64,000 bases of DNA. Origin: Rebecca billardiae RCC1528. Its lineage: Eukaryota; Protista; Haptophyta. Position 1 is the stretch's first letter, and every line of letters begins with the position of its first letter. The stretch spans positions 1,351,379 through 1,415,378 of the forward strand of contig OZ251244.1 in NCBI GenBank assembly GCA_965240325.2. Direction: 5' to 3'. A program made the position numbers and the translations under genes. Positions 19,143 through 32,383 of this stretch are shown piece after piece. Under the pieces are notes generated by a model. That model was not told the origin of the DNA. It was given only the letters and a program-made list of their open reading frames with translations, and did not search any database.

Positions 19143-20512
19143 GCACAGCGAGGCGCTCGCGCTGATGGCGGCGACGGCAGAGGCGGTGACGTGGGCGCTC
19201 TCGCACCCCGCGCACGACCCGGGCCCCGCCGACATCCCCGCCGCCGCCGCCGCCGCCGCCGCGTCGCCGCGCGCGGCGCGCGCGCCCGCGTCGCCGCGCG
19301 CAGCCGCGGCGGCCGGCGGCGGCAGCGGCGGCGGTGGCGGCGGCGGCGGCGGCGCCCCGGGCACGGCGGAGGTGTGGGCGCGCGCGGCGGTGGCCCCGGG
19401 CCGCGCGCTGCCCGCGGGCTCCACCGCGCGCGAGGCGAGCGCGCTCGAGGCGCTCGTCGGCACACGTGCGCGCCGCGCCGCCGCGCCGCGCGCGCCGCGC
19501 GCGCCGCCGCGCGCCGCCGCGCCGCGCCGCGCCGCCGCGCGCTGACGCGCGCCGCGGCCGCGCCGCGCGGTGCGCGCAGCGGTGGCGGTGTTCTGGCCGC
19601 GGCACGCGACCGCGTACGCCGGCGTCGTCGAGAGCTTCGACGCCGCCACCGGCCGCCACTTTGTGCAGTGCGCGCCGCGCGCGCCGCGCCGCGCCGCGCC
19701 GCACCGCCGCGGGGGCGGGCGCGCGGCCGCGGGCGGCGCGGCTGTGGCCGCAGGCCGCGGGCTGCCGGGCCCGCGCGGCGTGGGCGCGCCGGCTGGGCCC
19801 TGACGCGCTCGCGCCCCCCCCCCGCCCCCGGCGCGCAGCTACCCGCATTACCCGCATTACCCGCATTCCCCGCGCCGGGGCTGCGCCGAGTGGGTGCCGC
19901 TCGGCTCGGGCGCGGTGCCGTGGCGCGCGCTGGCCAAGGTGCGCGCGCTCGCGCGCTCTACCCGGATTACCCGCATTACCCGGCTGACCCGGAGGGCGGC
20001 GGCGGCGGCAGCGGCGGGGAGGGCGGCGCTCGGGCCGCGCGTGCGCCCGGGCCGCGCGCGCTGCCGGCCCCAACGGCCGCTCCGCCCTTTTCTTTTCCTG
20101 ATTTCCCGCCTTCTTTCTTCTTCCCTTTTTGTTTTTTGTTTTTTTCGCGCGCCCGCTGCTGCCGGCTTGGCCGATGTGCGCGCGCGCAGGCGGAGGCGGG
20201 CGCGCTGCTCGCGCCCGCCGCCGCGCCGCCGCGCGCGCTGCCGCCACCGGCGCCGCCGCCGCCGCCGCCGCCCAAGGGCGGCAAGCGGCGCGCCGCGGGC
20301 TCGGAAGTCGCCGCGCCGTCGCACCACCACCCCGCCCCGCCCGCCGCCGCCGCCGCGGCCGAGCCCGCCGCGCCGGGCCGGCCTGCGCCGCCCGCGTCCG
20401 CGGCCGCGCTGCACGCGTGGGCGCGCGCCGCGCGGTGCTGCCTCGTGTGCGCGCGCGCGGCGCCGCCGCGCGTGCTCGGCGGCGGCGGCGGCGCGTCCTC
20501 AGCCGCGTCGCC

Positions 20513-20548
<36 letters not shown>

Positions 20549-21352
20549 AGCCGACGCCGCCGCCGCCGACGGCGGCGGCGGCGGCGGCGGCGCGCTGCTG
20601 AGCTGCGCGGTGTGCCTGGGGCCGCACCACGCGGCGTGCGCGCGGCCGGCGCAGCCGCGCGGCGCGCCGCCGGGCGCGCGCTGGCGGTGCCACGCGTGCG
20701 CGCGCTGCGACCGGTGCGGCAGCGCGGGCGCGGGGGAGGAGGCGGGGCGGTGGGCGTTTGTCGACGGGCGCTGTCTGTGCGAGCCGTGCGCAGCGATGGC
20801 GGGCGCGGGCCGGCTGTGCGCGGCTTGCCTCCGGCCGTGGCGCCCCGGCCAGCGCGGCACGCACTGCCGAGGTGCGGCGCGCGCGCCCGGACTGCCCGCC
20901 CGGACTGCCCGCGGGGGGCGGCGGGGGAGGGCGCGCGCGCGGGTGGTGCCGAGGCGGGCGCGGGCGGGGGGCGCCGCGTGTCTGTGTGGCCGGCGCGCGC
21001 GGCCGGCGCGTGCACGCCGCCGCCGCCGCGCTCGGGCCTCAGGACGCCCCCCGCCCCCCGCGCGCGCGTGCGTGTGTGCGCGCGCGCGTGCGTGTGTGCG
21101 CGCGTGCGCGCAGGCTGTGGCGGCTGGTCGCACGTGCCGTGCGCGGCCGACGGCGCCGCCCTCGCCCCGCGGCCGCACGCCGGCGGTGCGGAGGGCGGCG
21201 GCGCGGCGGCGGCGGGCGCGGGCGGTGGCGCGGGGGCGCCGCCGCCGTTGGAATGGTGGGCGGACGAGGAGGACGATGGCGGCGGCGGCCGAAGCGGCAG
21301 CGGCAGCAGCGGCGGCAGCGGCAGCAGCGACAGCGGCGGCAGCAGCAGCGAG

Positions 21353-21384
<32 letters not shown>

Positions 21385-24300
21385 TGCCAGCGGCGGCGGC
21401 CGCGGCCGCGGGGCGCGCGGCCGCGGCGGCGCGGCGGCGCGCGGGCGCGGGCGCGGCGCGGCGCGCGGCGCGCCCGCGCCCAAGCGCGGGCGCGGCGGCG
21501 GCGGCGGCGGCAGGGGCGCGCGCGGTGGCGCGCGTGGCGGCGCGCGCGCGCCCCCGAGCGCGCCGCGCGCGCGGCCCGCCGCCGCGCCCAAGCCCGCCGC
21601 CGCGCCCACGCCCGCGCCGCCGCCGTCCGCGCCGCCGCCGTGCGCGAGCGTGCCGCGCTGCGCCGCGTGCGCCGCCGCGCGCCGCCGCGAGTCGCTGTGG
21701 TCGCTGCTGGGCACGCTGGCGGCGCTGGACGAGGACCGCGTGTTCGCGCACCACGTGGACACGCGGCTCGAGCCCTCGTACCGGCTGCACATCCCGCAGC
21801 CCATGGCCTTTGCCGAGATCCGAGCTCGGCACTGCGGCGGCAGGTAAGGCACCGCAGCCGCCGCGGTGCGCGAGGACGGCAGAGCAAGCAACCCTAACCC
21901 TAACCCTAACCCTAGCACCCTCGCCCTCACCCTATAACCCTCACCCTGGACCCAGGTACGCCACCGCGGCCGCGCTGCGCGAGGACGTCTACTTGATCTG
22001 CCGGAACGCGATGGTGTTCAACGTGTCGAGGGCGTCGCCCTTCTACCGGCTGGCGGAGCGGCTGTTCAGGGCGGCGCAGAAGACCATCGACGAGGTGTGT
22101 GCGTGTGTGTGCGTGTGCGCGTGTGTGTGCGTGTGCGCGCGTGTGTGCGCGTGTGTGTGCGTGTGTGTGCGCGTGTGCGCGTGCGTGCGCTGTGCGCTGT
22201 GCGCCGTGCGCTGCGCGCTGTGCGCTGTGCGCTGTGCGCTGCGCGCTGCGCGCTGCGCGCTGTGCGCTGCGCGCTGCGCGCTGCGCGCTGAGCCGCCCGC
22301 CGCGCGCGCACCGCACCGCACGCCTCGGCCCTCCCCCGCCCCGCCCCGCAGTACGACGCCTCGCACAGCGTGGCGGAGGGCGGCGCGCTCGTCGAGACGG
22401 AGGGCGGCGCGCGCGCGGGCAAGCGCGGCGGCGGCGGCGCGGACGGCGGCGGCGGCAAGCGGCGGCGCGGCGGCGGCGCGGACGGCGGCGGCGCGGACGG
22501 CGGCGGCGGCGGCGCGGCCGCCGCCGCCGCCTCGCCCGCCGCCGACGCCTCCGCCGCCGCTGCCGACGCCGCCGACGGTACCGACGGCGCGAGCGCGGAC
22601 GCAGACGCGGGCCCTGTCGACGGCCGGCCGTACGCGTCGATGCCGCCGCTCGTGTGTGAGCCGTGCGAGGGCGCGTGGGCCCTTGAGCTGTGCGCGCTGT
22701 GCGGCGCGGGCGGCGGGGCGTCCGAGCTGCGCGTGTGCGAGTGCTGCGGCGAGGGGTACCACTGGTACTGCGACGGCGGCGGCGGCTCGGCGCGCGCGGC
22801 CAAGGGGTGGCGGTGCGTCGGCTGCGTGGTGTGTGCCGTGTGCGGCGACGGCAGCGACGAGTCCCGGCTGCTGCTCTGCGCGTGCGGCGCGGCCGCACAC
22901 AGCGGCTGCCTGAGCCCGCCGGTCGACGCGTGGCCCGCCGCGGTGGACTGGCGCTGCGCCGCGTGCGCCGCGTGCGAGCGGTGCGGGCTCGAGCTGCCGC
23001 ACGCGCACAACACCGCAGTGCCGCCGGCCGAGCACCTCGCCCCGCTCAAGGCGCCGCTGGCCGCGCTGGCCGAGCGGCTGCTGCTGCCCCCCGCGCAGCC
23101 GGCGGCCGACGGCGGCGGCGGCGGCGGCGGCGGCGGCGCGGGCGCGGGCGCTGGGCGCGCAAAGGAGCGGCGGAGGGCGCGCGCCAAGCCGGGCGGCGCG
23201 CGCCGGCGCGCGCGGCCGCGACCGGCCGCCGCCGCGGCCGCCGCCGCGGCCGACGGCGGCGGCAGCAGCAGCAGCGCGGCGCTGGCGGGCGCGCGGGCGC
23301 ATGTCACCACGGCAGCAGAGCGCGCGCGGCGCGCGGCCGGGCGCGCCGAGCCCGGCGCCGCCGGTGCCAGCCCAGCGGCCGCCGCGTCGGCCGGGCGCGC
23401 CGGCGCCGGCGCCGAGGGCGGCGGAGGCGCCGAGGGCGGCGCTCGGCCCGAGGGCGACAGCGCGGACGGGGCGGACGCGGCGGACGCCGACGCTGGCGCG
23501 GCCGACGCGGAGATGGGCGAGCGCGGCGCCGACGCCGACGGCGACGACGACGACGAGGAGGAGGACGAGGAGGCGGAGGCACCGGCCGCTGCCGGCGGCG
23601 GCGAGCCCGCGAGCGCTGCGGCCGACTCGCCCGCCGACGCGGACGCGCACGCGCACGCGGACGCGGACGCAGCCGCGCGCGGCGCCCCGCTGCGCGCGGC
23701 CGTGCTCGAGCTGAGCAGGCGCGTGCGCGGCGTGGCCGGCGGCATGCCCGCCGGGTACGGCGCCGACCCGCTGCGCGCGCGGCTCTGCGCGCCGTGCGTG
23801 CGCGCGCACCGCGCGCGCGCGTACTGCGGCGTGTGTCTCTCGGCGTGGGAGCCGCTCGGGCTGGACGCGCTCGCGGCGGCTCTGCCCGCGCGGCTGGGCG
23901 CAAGCCTGCGCGCGCGCGCCGCCGCGGAGCGGCCCGCGGCGGGCGGCGCCGACGGCGGCGGCGGGCTCGGCGGCGCGGACGGCGGCGCGGACGCGGTCGC
24001 GTGCGACGGCTGCGATTTCTGGGTGCATACGGAGTGCGACCGCGCGCTGCGCGCGCACCCGCGGCTGCTGGGCTCGATGCGCTACCTCTGCCCGCGCTGC
24101 CGCGGCGAGCTGAGCGCGCCCGCGCCGCCGGTCTGCGCGGGCGCGCGCCGCTTCGGCGCGCTGCCCGAGCGCGTGCTCGGCGACCGCGCCGCGCCCGACG
24201 CGCCGCCGTGGCCGCCGCTGCTCGAGCCGCCGCCGCCGAGCCGCGCGCAGCTCGCCGCGCAGCAGGCGGCGGCGGAGGCGGCGGAGGCGGCGGCCGCGGC

Positions 24301-26051
24301 GGAGGCGGCCGCGCGCAAGCGCGCGCGCGCCGCCGAGGCCGCCGCCGCCGCCGCCGCCGCGCGCAGGCGCCAGCGCGAGGCGGCGGCCGCGGCGGCCGCC
24401 GCGGCGGCCGCGGACGCGGCGGCGGCCGCAGCCGCGGCCGGCGGCGGCGCGCCGCCGCCGCCGCCGGCCGCGCCGCCGCCGGCTCGGCCCGCGCAGCCGC
24501 CGGCGGCGCGGCGCGCGCCCGCGCTGCCGCGCGCGCTGCTGCCGCCCGAGTGCGGCCGCTGCGCCGGCTGCCTGGACAAGCCCAAGTTTGGAGGTGCGGC
24601 CGGGCGCAGCCGCGCGGCGCCGCCTGCGCGCGCCCCCAGCGCGCGCGCGCGCACGGCTCACGCAGCGCGCGCGCGCGAACGCGCCCGCTCGCGCGCAGGG
24701 CGCGGCACGCTGCACCGCATGTGCGACGCGCGCAGGCAGGCGCGCAAGGCGGCGCGCGCGGAGGAGGCGGCGGAGGCGGCCGCGGCGGGCGGCGGCGCGG
24801 GCAGCGGCGCGGCCGCGCAGCCGCAGCCGCAGCCGCAGCCACCCCGACCCGACCCGAGCGCTCGAGGCGGCGGCGGCGGCGGCGGCGGCGGCGGGTGCGC
24901 GTGGTGGGAGGCGGCACTGGGGCCGGCCGACGGGGCGCCGCTGGGCGTGGGCGCGGGCGCGGGCGCGGGCGGCGGGCTCGGCGCGGCGGCTGCGCACACC
25001 GGCGTTGGCAGCCCCGGCGGCGGCGGCGGCGGGTGCGCGGCGGGCGGCGCGCTGTGGGGGCTGGAGGGGCTGGCGGCACTGGCGGCAGGCGACGACGGCT
25101 GCTCGCCGCTCGAGAGCTGGCTGATGGCGGGCGCGGGGGGCACGCTCAGCCCGCCTGGGCCCGGCGCGCACGGCGGCGCCCGGCCCGAGGCGGCGCGTCA
25201 GCCGCAGCCGCAGCCGCAGCCGCGGCAGAGGCCGCAGCCGCAGCAGCAGCGGGCGTCGCTCGCCTCGCCGCCCGGGCCCTCGCCGGCTGCGCCGCCAAGC
25301 CCCCTCGCCGCATTCTTCGGCGGCGCGCAGCCGGCGCCGCAGCAGCCGGCGGAACGGCCGGGTGCGGCGGCGCGGCTGCTGCTGCCGCCGGGGCCGCTGC
25401 TGCCGCCGGGGCGCGCGGGGGCGGCGGGCGCGGGGGCGGCGGGCGCGGGGGCGGCGCCGTGGGGGCCGCCGCGGGCGCAGCAGCAGCAGCAGCAGCGCGC
25501 CCAGCCGGGGCGGCAGCGGCCGTGGGGGCAGCCGCCGCCGCCGCAGCCGCCGCAGCCGCAGCTGCAGCAGCCGCAGCCGCCGCAGCCGCAGCTGCTGCAG
25601 CCGCAGCAGCAGCAGCACTGGCCGCAGGCGCCGCAGCAGCAGCCGCCGCAGCCGCCGCTGGCGAGCTGGGCGCAGGGCGCGGGAGGGCACCCCTTCGCAC
25701 CGCCGCCTCCGCGCCCGCCCTACCCACCGCCACCGCCGGAGGCGGATGCGCAGCAGCAGCAGCAGCCGCCGGCGGCGCGGCCGCGCGCGCGCGCGCCGGC
25801 CGAGGCGGGCGCGGCACGGCTGCATGCGCCGCCGCCCGCCGAGCCCGAGCCCGACGCAGCGCAGCGCGGCGCGCCCTCGCCGCCGCCCTCCTCCTCCCCT
25901 TCGCCCTCCGCCTCCTCCCCCTCGCCCTCCGCCTCCGCCTCCGCCTCCGCCTCGGACAGCGACGACGACGGCGACGACGACGGCGGCGGCGCAGACGACT
26001 CGGGCGGCGCGGCCGGCGCCGAGCACGCGTGGGACGCCGACGCGCCGCAGC

Positions 26052-26083
<32 letters not shown>

Positions 26084-27064
26084 GCGGAGGCGGCGGGCGG
26101 CGCGGCCGGCGGCGGAGGCACGGCGGACGCGCCGCGCCGCCGCGCGCGCGCGGGCCGCGCCGCCGCGCCGCGCGCACCCTCGCCGCCGGTCTCGCCCACG
26201 CCACGGCCCGTGCGCATCGAGCGCGGCCGACGGCCAGCCCTGCCGCCTGCGCCGCTCGCGCCGCACGGGGCGCACGCGCCGCACCGCGCCGCGCCGCCGC
26301 CCGCGGGCCCCGCCGGCACGGCGGCGGCGGCCGCGGCGCGCGCGCCGCTGGTGCCGCCCGACACGCGCGTGCGCGCGCGCGCGTGCGCGCTGTGCGGCGG
26401 CTGCTCTGACGACGGGCGCTCGCTGCCGCAGCGGCTGCTGTGGGCGGATGCGGGGCAGTGGGTGCACGCCAACTGCGCCAAGTGGTCGGCGGAGGTGACG
26501 GAGGCGAAGCCAAAGGCGGACGGCGGCGCGGACGGAGCGCCCGAGCCGCCGCCGCCCGCCGCCGCCGCCGAGGGCGGCGCCGACGCGGGCGGCGGCGGCG
26601 GCGGCGCGGCCGGCGGCGGCGGCGCCGCCGAGGGCGAGGGCGGCGGCGCGCCGTGGGCGCCCTTCGAGCTGACCAACGTGCACGGCGCGATCGCGCGCGG
26701 CCGGCGCACGCACTGCACCGCGCCCGGCTGCGGCCGCGCGGGCGCCTCCCTCCTGTGCAACCTCAAGACGTGCTCGCAGCGGCTGCACCTGCCGTGCGCC
26801 GTCCGCGCGGGCGCGGTGCTCATGGCGGACGGCCGGGTGTACTGCGCGGCGCACGCGGCGCACGCGCAGGCGCTCGCGCCCGGCGGCTGTGTGGTGGGCA
26901 CGCTCGCGCTGCGCCGCGCGCTCAGCGTGCGCCGCGTGCGCGGGCGCACGCTCGGCGCCACGCGCTGGCGGCCCGGCCGCACGCTGCGCGTCGGCGGCTG
27001 CACCGTCCTCGACTTGGGCGACGCGGCGGCGGCGCGCGCGCCCACCGCCGCGCAGCCGGCGGCG

Positions 27065-27095
<31 letters not shown>

Positions 27096-28358
27096 GCGCG
27101 GCGGAGGGCGCGGCCGCCGACGGCGGCGGCGGCGCGCGGCGCAAGGGCGGCAAGGCCGCGCGGCGCGCGCACGCCGCGCACGCCGCACCAAGCGCGGAGG
27201 CGGAGGCGGCGGTCGCGCTCGCGGCCGCGCGCGCCGCCGAGCCGCTTGCGCCGCCCGGTGCGCGCGCGCTCCGCGCGCCGCGCCGCGCCGCGCGCGCGCG
27301 TGGCGCTCAGCCGCGCGCGCCCCCTCGCGCGCGCTCTCGCCGCCCCCAGGGTACGTCGCGCTGCGGCGCGTGTGCCGCCACGGCGGCGGGGGCTCTGTGG
27401 TGCGCGCCCTAGTGCTGTGCACCGTGCGCGCGCACGCGCCGCCGGCCGCGGGCGGCGGGGCGCGCGGCCGCGCCGCCGCCGCCGCCGCGCGCCGCGCGCT
27501 GCCGCCGCTCCGCTTCCGCTGCGAGGTGCTGGGCATGGCGCCGGCCGAGCAGGCGGCAGCGCCGGCCGACGCCGCCGCCGCGCCCGCGGCCGAGCCCGCC
27601 GCCGCCGGTGGCGGTGGGCGGTGGGGCGCGCGGCCGTTCCCGCCGCGCGCGGCCGCGGGCGCGGAGGGCGGCGGCGCCGAGGCGGAGGACGAGGGCTGCG
27701 CTGCGGGCGCGGTCTTCGAGTCGGTCGGCTCGCCCGAGGGCGCGGTGGGCGCGCTGCTGGCCGCGCTGCTCCCGCGCGGCGCGCCTCCGCCCGTGCTCGA
27801 CGGCTGCTGCTTCTTTGGCTTCGCGCTGCCGCACGTCGGGGCCCTGGTGAGCGGCGGGCTACTGCGCGCACACGCGGACGCGGCGGCGGCGGCGGCGCTG
27901 GCGGCCGAGGCGGCGCTGCTAGGGGCGATCGGCGGGAGCGGCGGCGGCGGCGGCGGCGCGGGCGCGGGCGGCGGCGCGGACGGCGGCGGCGGCGCGGCGG
28001 ACGGCGGCGGCGCGGCCGACGACTCGCTCGTGCGCGAGCGGGTCGCGCGCGCCGCAGCCGCGTGGGCGGCGGAGGCGGCCGCGGCCGGCGCGGCCGCGGC
28101 CGCGCCCGGCCTCGCCGCGGCCGGCGCCGACACAGCCGCCGCGGCCGCGGGCTGCGCGCGGCTGCTGGACTACATGGCCGCGCGGCCGCCGCTGCACGAG
28201 CGCCCGCCGCCGCCGCCGGGCGGGGGCGCGGGCGGCGCGTGGGGCGCGCACCTGCGCGGCGCGGTGCTCGGCCTCGCGCCGGCGGGCGCGGCGGCGGGCG
28301 GCGCGCTCGGCGCGGACGCGGCCGCCGGCACGCTGGAAGGCGGCGCCGCGCTCGCGCT

Positions 28359-28403
<45 letters not shown>

Positions 28404-29393
28404 GGGCGGCGCGCTCGTCGTCGGGCGCGCCTCCGCGCGCCGCGCCGCCGCCAACGCCGCCGCGGCCGCCAGCGCCGCGGACGAGCCGGAGTCCGCGGCG
28501 GCCGAGGGCGAGGGCGCGGGCGGCGCTGGCGCGGCGGGCTCGGAGGCCGGCGGCGGCTGTGCGCTCGGCGGCGTGGTGTCGTCCTACCTCGCGATGCTCG
28601 CGTCGGTGGGCAGCGCGGCCAGCTCCAAGATCGCCGTGATGCGCAGCCGCATCCACAACTGGGGCGTGTTCGCCACGCAGCCCATACACAAGGTGCGCGC
28701 CCTCCCGCCGTGGCGGGGGCGGCGGCGGGGTGGCTGGCGCGCGCCTCACGCGCTCACGCGCCGCCGCTGCGTGCGTGTGCGCGCGTGTGCGCGCGTGTGC
28801 GCGCGCGGCCCCGCTGTGCCGCTGTGCCGCGTGCCGCGTGCCGCGCGCCGCGCCGCGCCGCGCGTACCTCGCAGGGCGAGATGGTGGTCGAGTACGCGGG
28901 CGAGCTGATCCGGCAGACGGTGGCGGACCGGCGCGAGAAGGAGTACGAGCGCGCGGGGATGGCGGGCGACTGCTACATGTTCCGCGTGGACGACACGGTC
29001 GTGGTCGACGCGACGCGCTGCGGCAACGTCGCGCGCTTCATCAACCACTGCTGCGCGCCCAACTGCTACGCGACCGTGATCGAGCTGCCCGCGCTGCCCG
29101 GGCTGCGCGGCGGCAAGAAGATCGTCATGTACGCGCGCAGGACCATCCGCGTGGGCGAGGAGCTCACGTACGACTACCAGGTGCGCGCGCAAAAGCGCAA
29201 AAGCGCAAAAAGGCGGCGCCGGGGCGACGGCTCGGCGCGCGGCGTGGCGCGGCCGCGCCGCGCGCGGCGCGCGCATGCGCGCGCTCACGCGCCGCGCGCC
29301 GTTGCCGCCACGCCGCTGCCGCAGTTCGCCCTGGGCGCGGACAAGGTGGCGTGCTACTGCGGCGCGCCCGAGTGCATGGGGCGCATGAACTGA
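17911..29393 (+). CDS. Trithorax/MLL (KMT2)-like histone H3K4 methyltransferase, multi-exon
   Basis: In order: PWWP-like ([13 protein letters not shown]...VYFFG), Tudor-like ([20 protein letters not shown]), PHD fingers, bromodomain (VFAHHVD...[11 protein letters not shown]...[13 protein letters not shown]), further PHDs ([14 protein letters not shown]), CXXC half ([15 protein letters not shown]), ePHD ([13 protein letters not shown]...LTNVHGAI...LHLPCA), FYRN/FYRC-like, Win motif GCAR, SET ([10 protein letters not shown]; [10 protein letters not shown]; [12 protein letters not shown]; GEELTYDY) and post-[16 protein letters not shown]. Confidence 0.92.
21890..21915. repeat. Intronic telomere-type repeat (CCCTAA)n near a 3' splice site
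   Basis: aaccctaaccctaaccctaaccctag followed by decaying variants up to the CAG acceptor at ~21955, within the bromodomain-coding region. Confidence 0.85.
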
Positions 29394-29743
29394 TGCAACG
29401 ATGAGCAGCGGAGGCGCTGCTGGCGGCAGGCGCGGGGCGAAGCCTGCGCGAGTGGCACCTGAGCCGATCGGCGCACTGCGCCCAGGCAGCAGCCTGAAGC
29501 CGGCACGGCTCACTGTCGGCTGCTGCCGTGCTGCGCTCAATTCGGCGCCGGCTCGGTGTGAATGTGTTATGTGATTCATCGCGGTCGCGGATAGTCGTCA
29601 TTCCGAACCGGTCAGCAGATCGCCGCGCGCCGCCGAGTCGGATCGGGAACTCGGTGGGCAGCCCGACCGCAGAACGCGCGGCCGGCGGAGTATATACTAT
29701 ATGTGGCGGGGTTATTATTGCATGGCACTGTCACAATATAATA

Positions 29744-32383
29744 CACAGTGCCGGAATAATAAAACTGCTCAGGGTGACGTTTTAAGTTGTCCGCACCACT
29801 AGTCGAATCATCGGACAATTCTGAAGCGGTGCGCCTAAATTCGGCGCACCATAGGCGCGTCGAATCGTGGCACAGACCTTGGTAGCAGGCCACACCTGAG
29901 CGCGCTGCGCGCGCCGACGCGCGCTCGGCGCGGGCAAAAAATCATGCGCCGTTGGCATTACGCAGCCCCGCGCAGCGCTGTGCTCGAGCTCGGCGGCGGC
30001 GAAAGCGGGCGGGCGCACACGGCGGTGCCCGTGCGCGCTGCTCCGAGCGCAGCTGCGGCCACCCCGGCGGCATACCGCCGGTCGAGGGCACGAAAACCGA
30101 TTTTTCGGGAAAATGCAGAGCAGCGGCGCCCGAGCGCGCCCGAGCTCGTCGCAGCACAGTCTCCTGGTGGCTGCGCCCCGTGAAGCCACGCCACGCGGGG
30201 CGCTGGCGTGCGCGTGGCCTGCGCCCACCGTGCGCTGCCCGATCATGGCCGTCGACCGCTCCGAGCGCCTCACCACGCGTGCTCGAGCCCACCGATACTG
30301 ACGCCCGAGCACGGTGCCGGCAGCGCTCGCAGGTGGGCGTCGGAGAAAACACGCCGGCCGAACGAGCTTGAAGCGTCCGCCGCGATGCCAACGGCAGCGG
30401 ACGACGTGCGCGCCACCTCGGCGCCAGTCGCCCAGCCCTTGCGCGGCGGTGCGGGCTCGCTCGTTCGCCGCCATCAGCTGCGCGCGCGCAGCCCGATCAC
30501 TGCCCGCTGGTTCTGTTGTCGAGCAGCTGCGGCCTGCCACGAGCACTGCCGGACATTGAGCCACAGCGCGAGCACGCGCCTCGTCTGGCACGCGCGAGCA
30601 CTCAGCATCGTGCGTGGCCACCATGACGCGCCCATCTGCGCCAGCAGCGATGAGCACGCCGCCGTTCAGCTCGCATCGGGCTCGCTCGCGACGCAGCAAC
30701 GCGCGGCCGTAGCGGCAGCAGCGGCGCCGTCGAGCACGCGCAGCAAACAAATATGCAGCGCGGGCGAGTCGACGGTCTGGAAAATGCGCGATCACGCCAC
30801 AGCAGGCTGGCAGAGCCCGCCCGAGCTGCAGCATGCCGTAGGTGCTGCCCCAAGCTCTCGACTGCCCGTAAGCGGCGGCATGTGCGGCGGCGCCGGCGGC
30901 GGCCATGCTGCCACGCCGTTGCGCGCCGCGGGGCGCCGTCGGCACCTCTGTGGTGAAGCGCACAGAGCTCGAGCCCACGGGGGCTGGCGACCGTCAAACC
31001 GACACCCCATGACGCGGGGCTGCGTGCGCCAGCTGCGCGCACTCCGTGGGCCCACCTAGCCCGCTCGAGCAGCTCGCCTTGGGTGCGCGCAGCTGCTCGA
31101 GCACACTGGTATGGGACGCCTGCCTGCGGTGCCGCCGAGCACATGCGGCCGACGGTCACTCAGCACGGGCGACTCGACGGCGGCGAGCAGGCGCGACGGC
31201 CTCGCCGCGCCGCGGAAAAGCCTGCCCGGGCTGCAGCACGCCGTAGGAGCAGCCCAGCGCCCTCCTCCGCCCTCCAGCTTCGGCGCGCGCAGCAGGCCCG
31301 GCGGCGGCCATGCTGGCGTGCCCAAGCATGAAGATGGGCGCGGCCGGCCGCGCCGTCGCAAAGCGCGCAGAACTCGAGCTCGGGGGGGCGGACGGCCGCC
31401 AAACTGGCGCGGCAGGACGTGGCACTGCGTGCGCCAGCTGCGCGCACCCGCTGCGCCCGCGTGGCCCGTGCGAGCGCCGCGCCTCGAGCACACGCAGCTG
31501 CTCGACACAGCCACGGCAGTGTGGCTTGTGCGCGTGCACGTGATCAGTCTCAGCTCTGAGGCGCGCGCTCAGGAGGGCTGCGGCCGGGCCGAGCGCGATC
31601 TGCGCGGACGGTACAGCCTGGCGGCTCATGCCAGCCAGCCCAAAGCCCGCTCCGCCATCCGCGTCATGGCGCTCCAGCCTCTCGCGTGCTGCGCTGCAGC
31701 CGCGCTCGGCTGAAGACGTCGCCCAGCCCGCCTTGCACGCGGCTGAGCAGTGGCAGCCAGGCGAAGCGTCGTCGCGGGCGAGGCTGCGCTGGGTGATGCG
31801 GCTCGGGTCGGTGGGCAAGTCGCACCCCGCCGTCGGTCGCCTCCACGCCTCAGGCTCGCTCGAGGTCAAAGACAACTGCGCGGCGCGGCGTTTGCGCGGG
31901 CGGGCCGCGGGCGTGGCGGGGTGTACGCGTGCAATGTCACAGCCTCCCACACAATTTCAGGAGGGTGAGACGCACCGCCAGCGGCACCCGCACACAATCC
32001 CACCCTGCGCGAGCCACCTGCCGTGTCGACTGAAGCATCAGGCTCGGGCGCAACCGCGGGCGGCGCATGCAAGAAGCTCGCGAAACGCACCGCGCGCGCC
32101 GTGAGGGCGAAAGGAGAGCACCCGTCAGGGCGGCGAGGAACTTGCCCAGCGCCACGCGGAAGACGACCCCAGCCCGCGTCGACGCATAGTCGGGCCCGCG
32201 AGCAGCCTCGTCGGTCTTCGCCGAGTAGATCGCGCCGCGAGCCGAGGCACCGCTCGTTTGAGGCTCCGTCCGCCGCGAAGTCGCGGCTTCCACCCGAGTT
32301 CCACTGTCCGGCCGAGACCGGATTCGCTGACTCGAGCTGCGGACCGTCCGAAGCGTCACGGAAAATTCCAATCCTGCACTGTG
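29744..32383. mobile_element. Element A: non-autonomous DNA transposon with CACAGTG...CACTGTG termini (CMC/Transib-like ends)
   Basis: Left end CACAGTGCCGGAAT; right end (reverse complement) CACAGTGCAGGATT. TA flanks both ends. Both ends share a subterminal GTGACG...GTCCGCA block. The right ~460 bp are colinear (inverted) with 58436-58899. Internal degenerate duplication ~30750-31100 vs ~31180-31510. No intact transposase seen. Confidence 0.7.

Noticed and set aside
18111-27871. Very long ORFs of 1162-1942 aa in alternative frames or on the minus strand
   Set aside because: Arg/Ala/Pro-rich shadow ORFs caused by stop-codon scarcity at very high GC; they overlap the KMT2-like gene, and only short stretches coincide with real exons.
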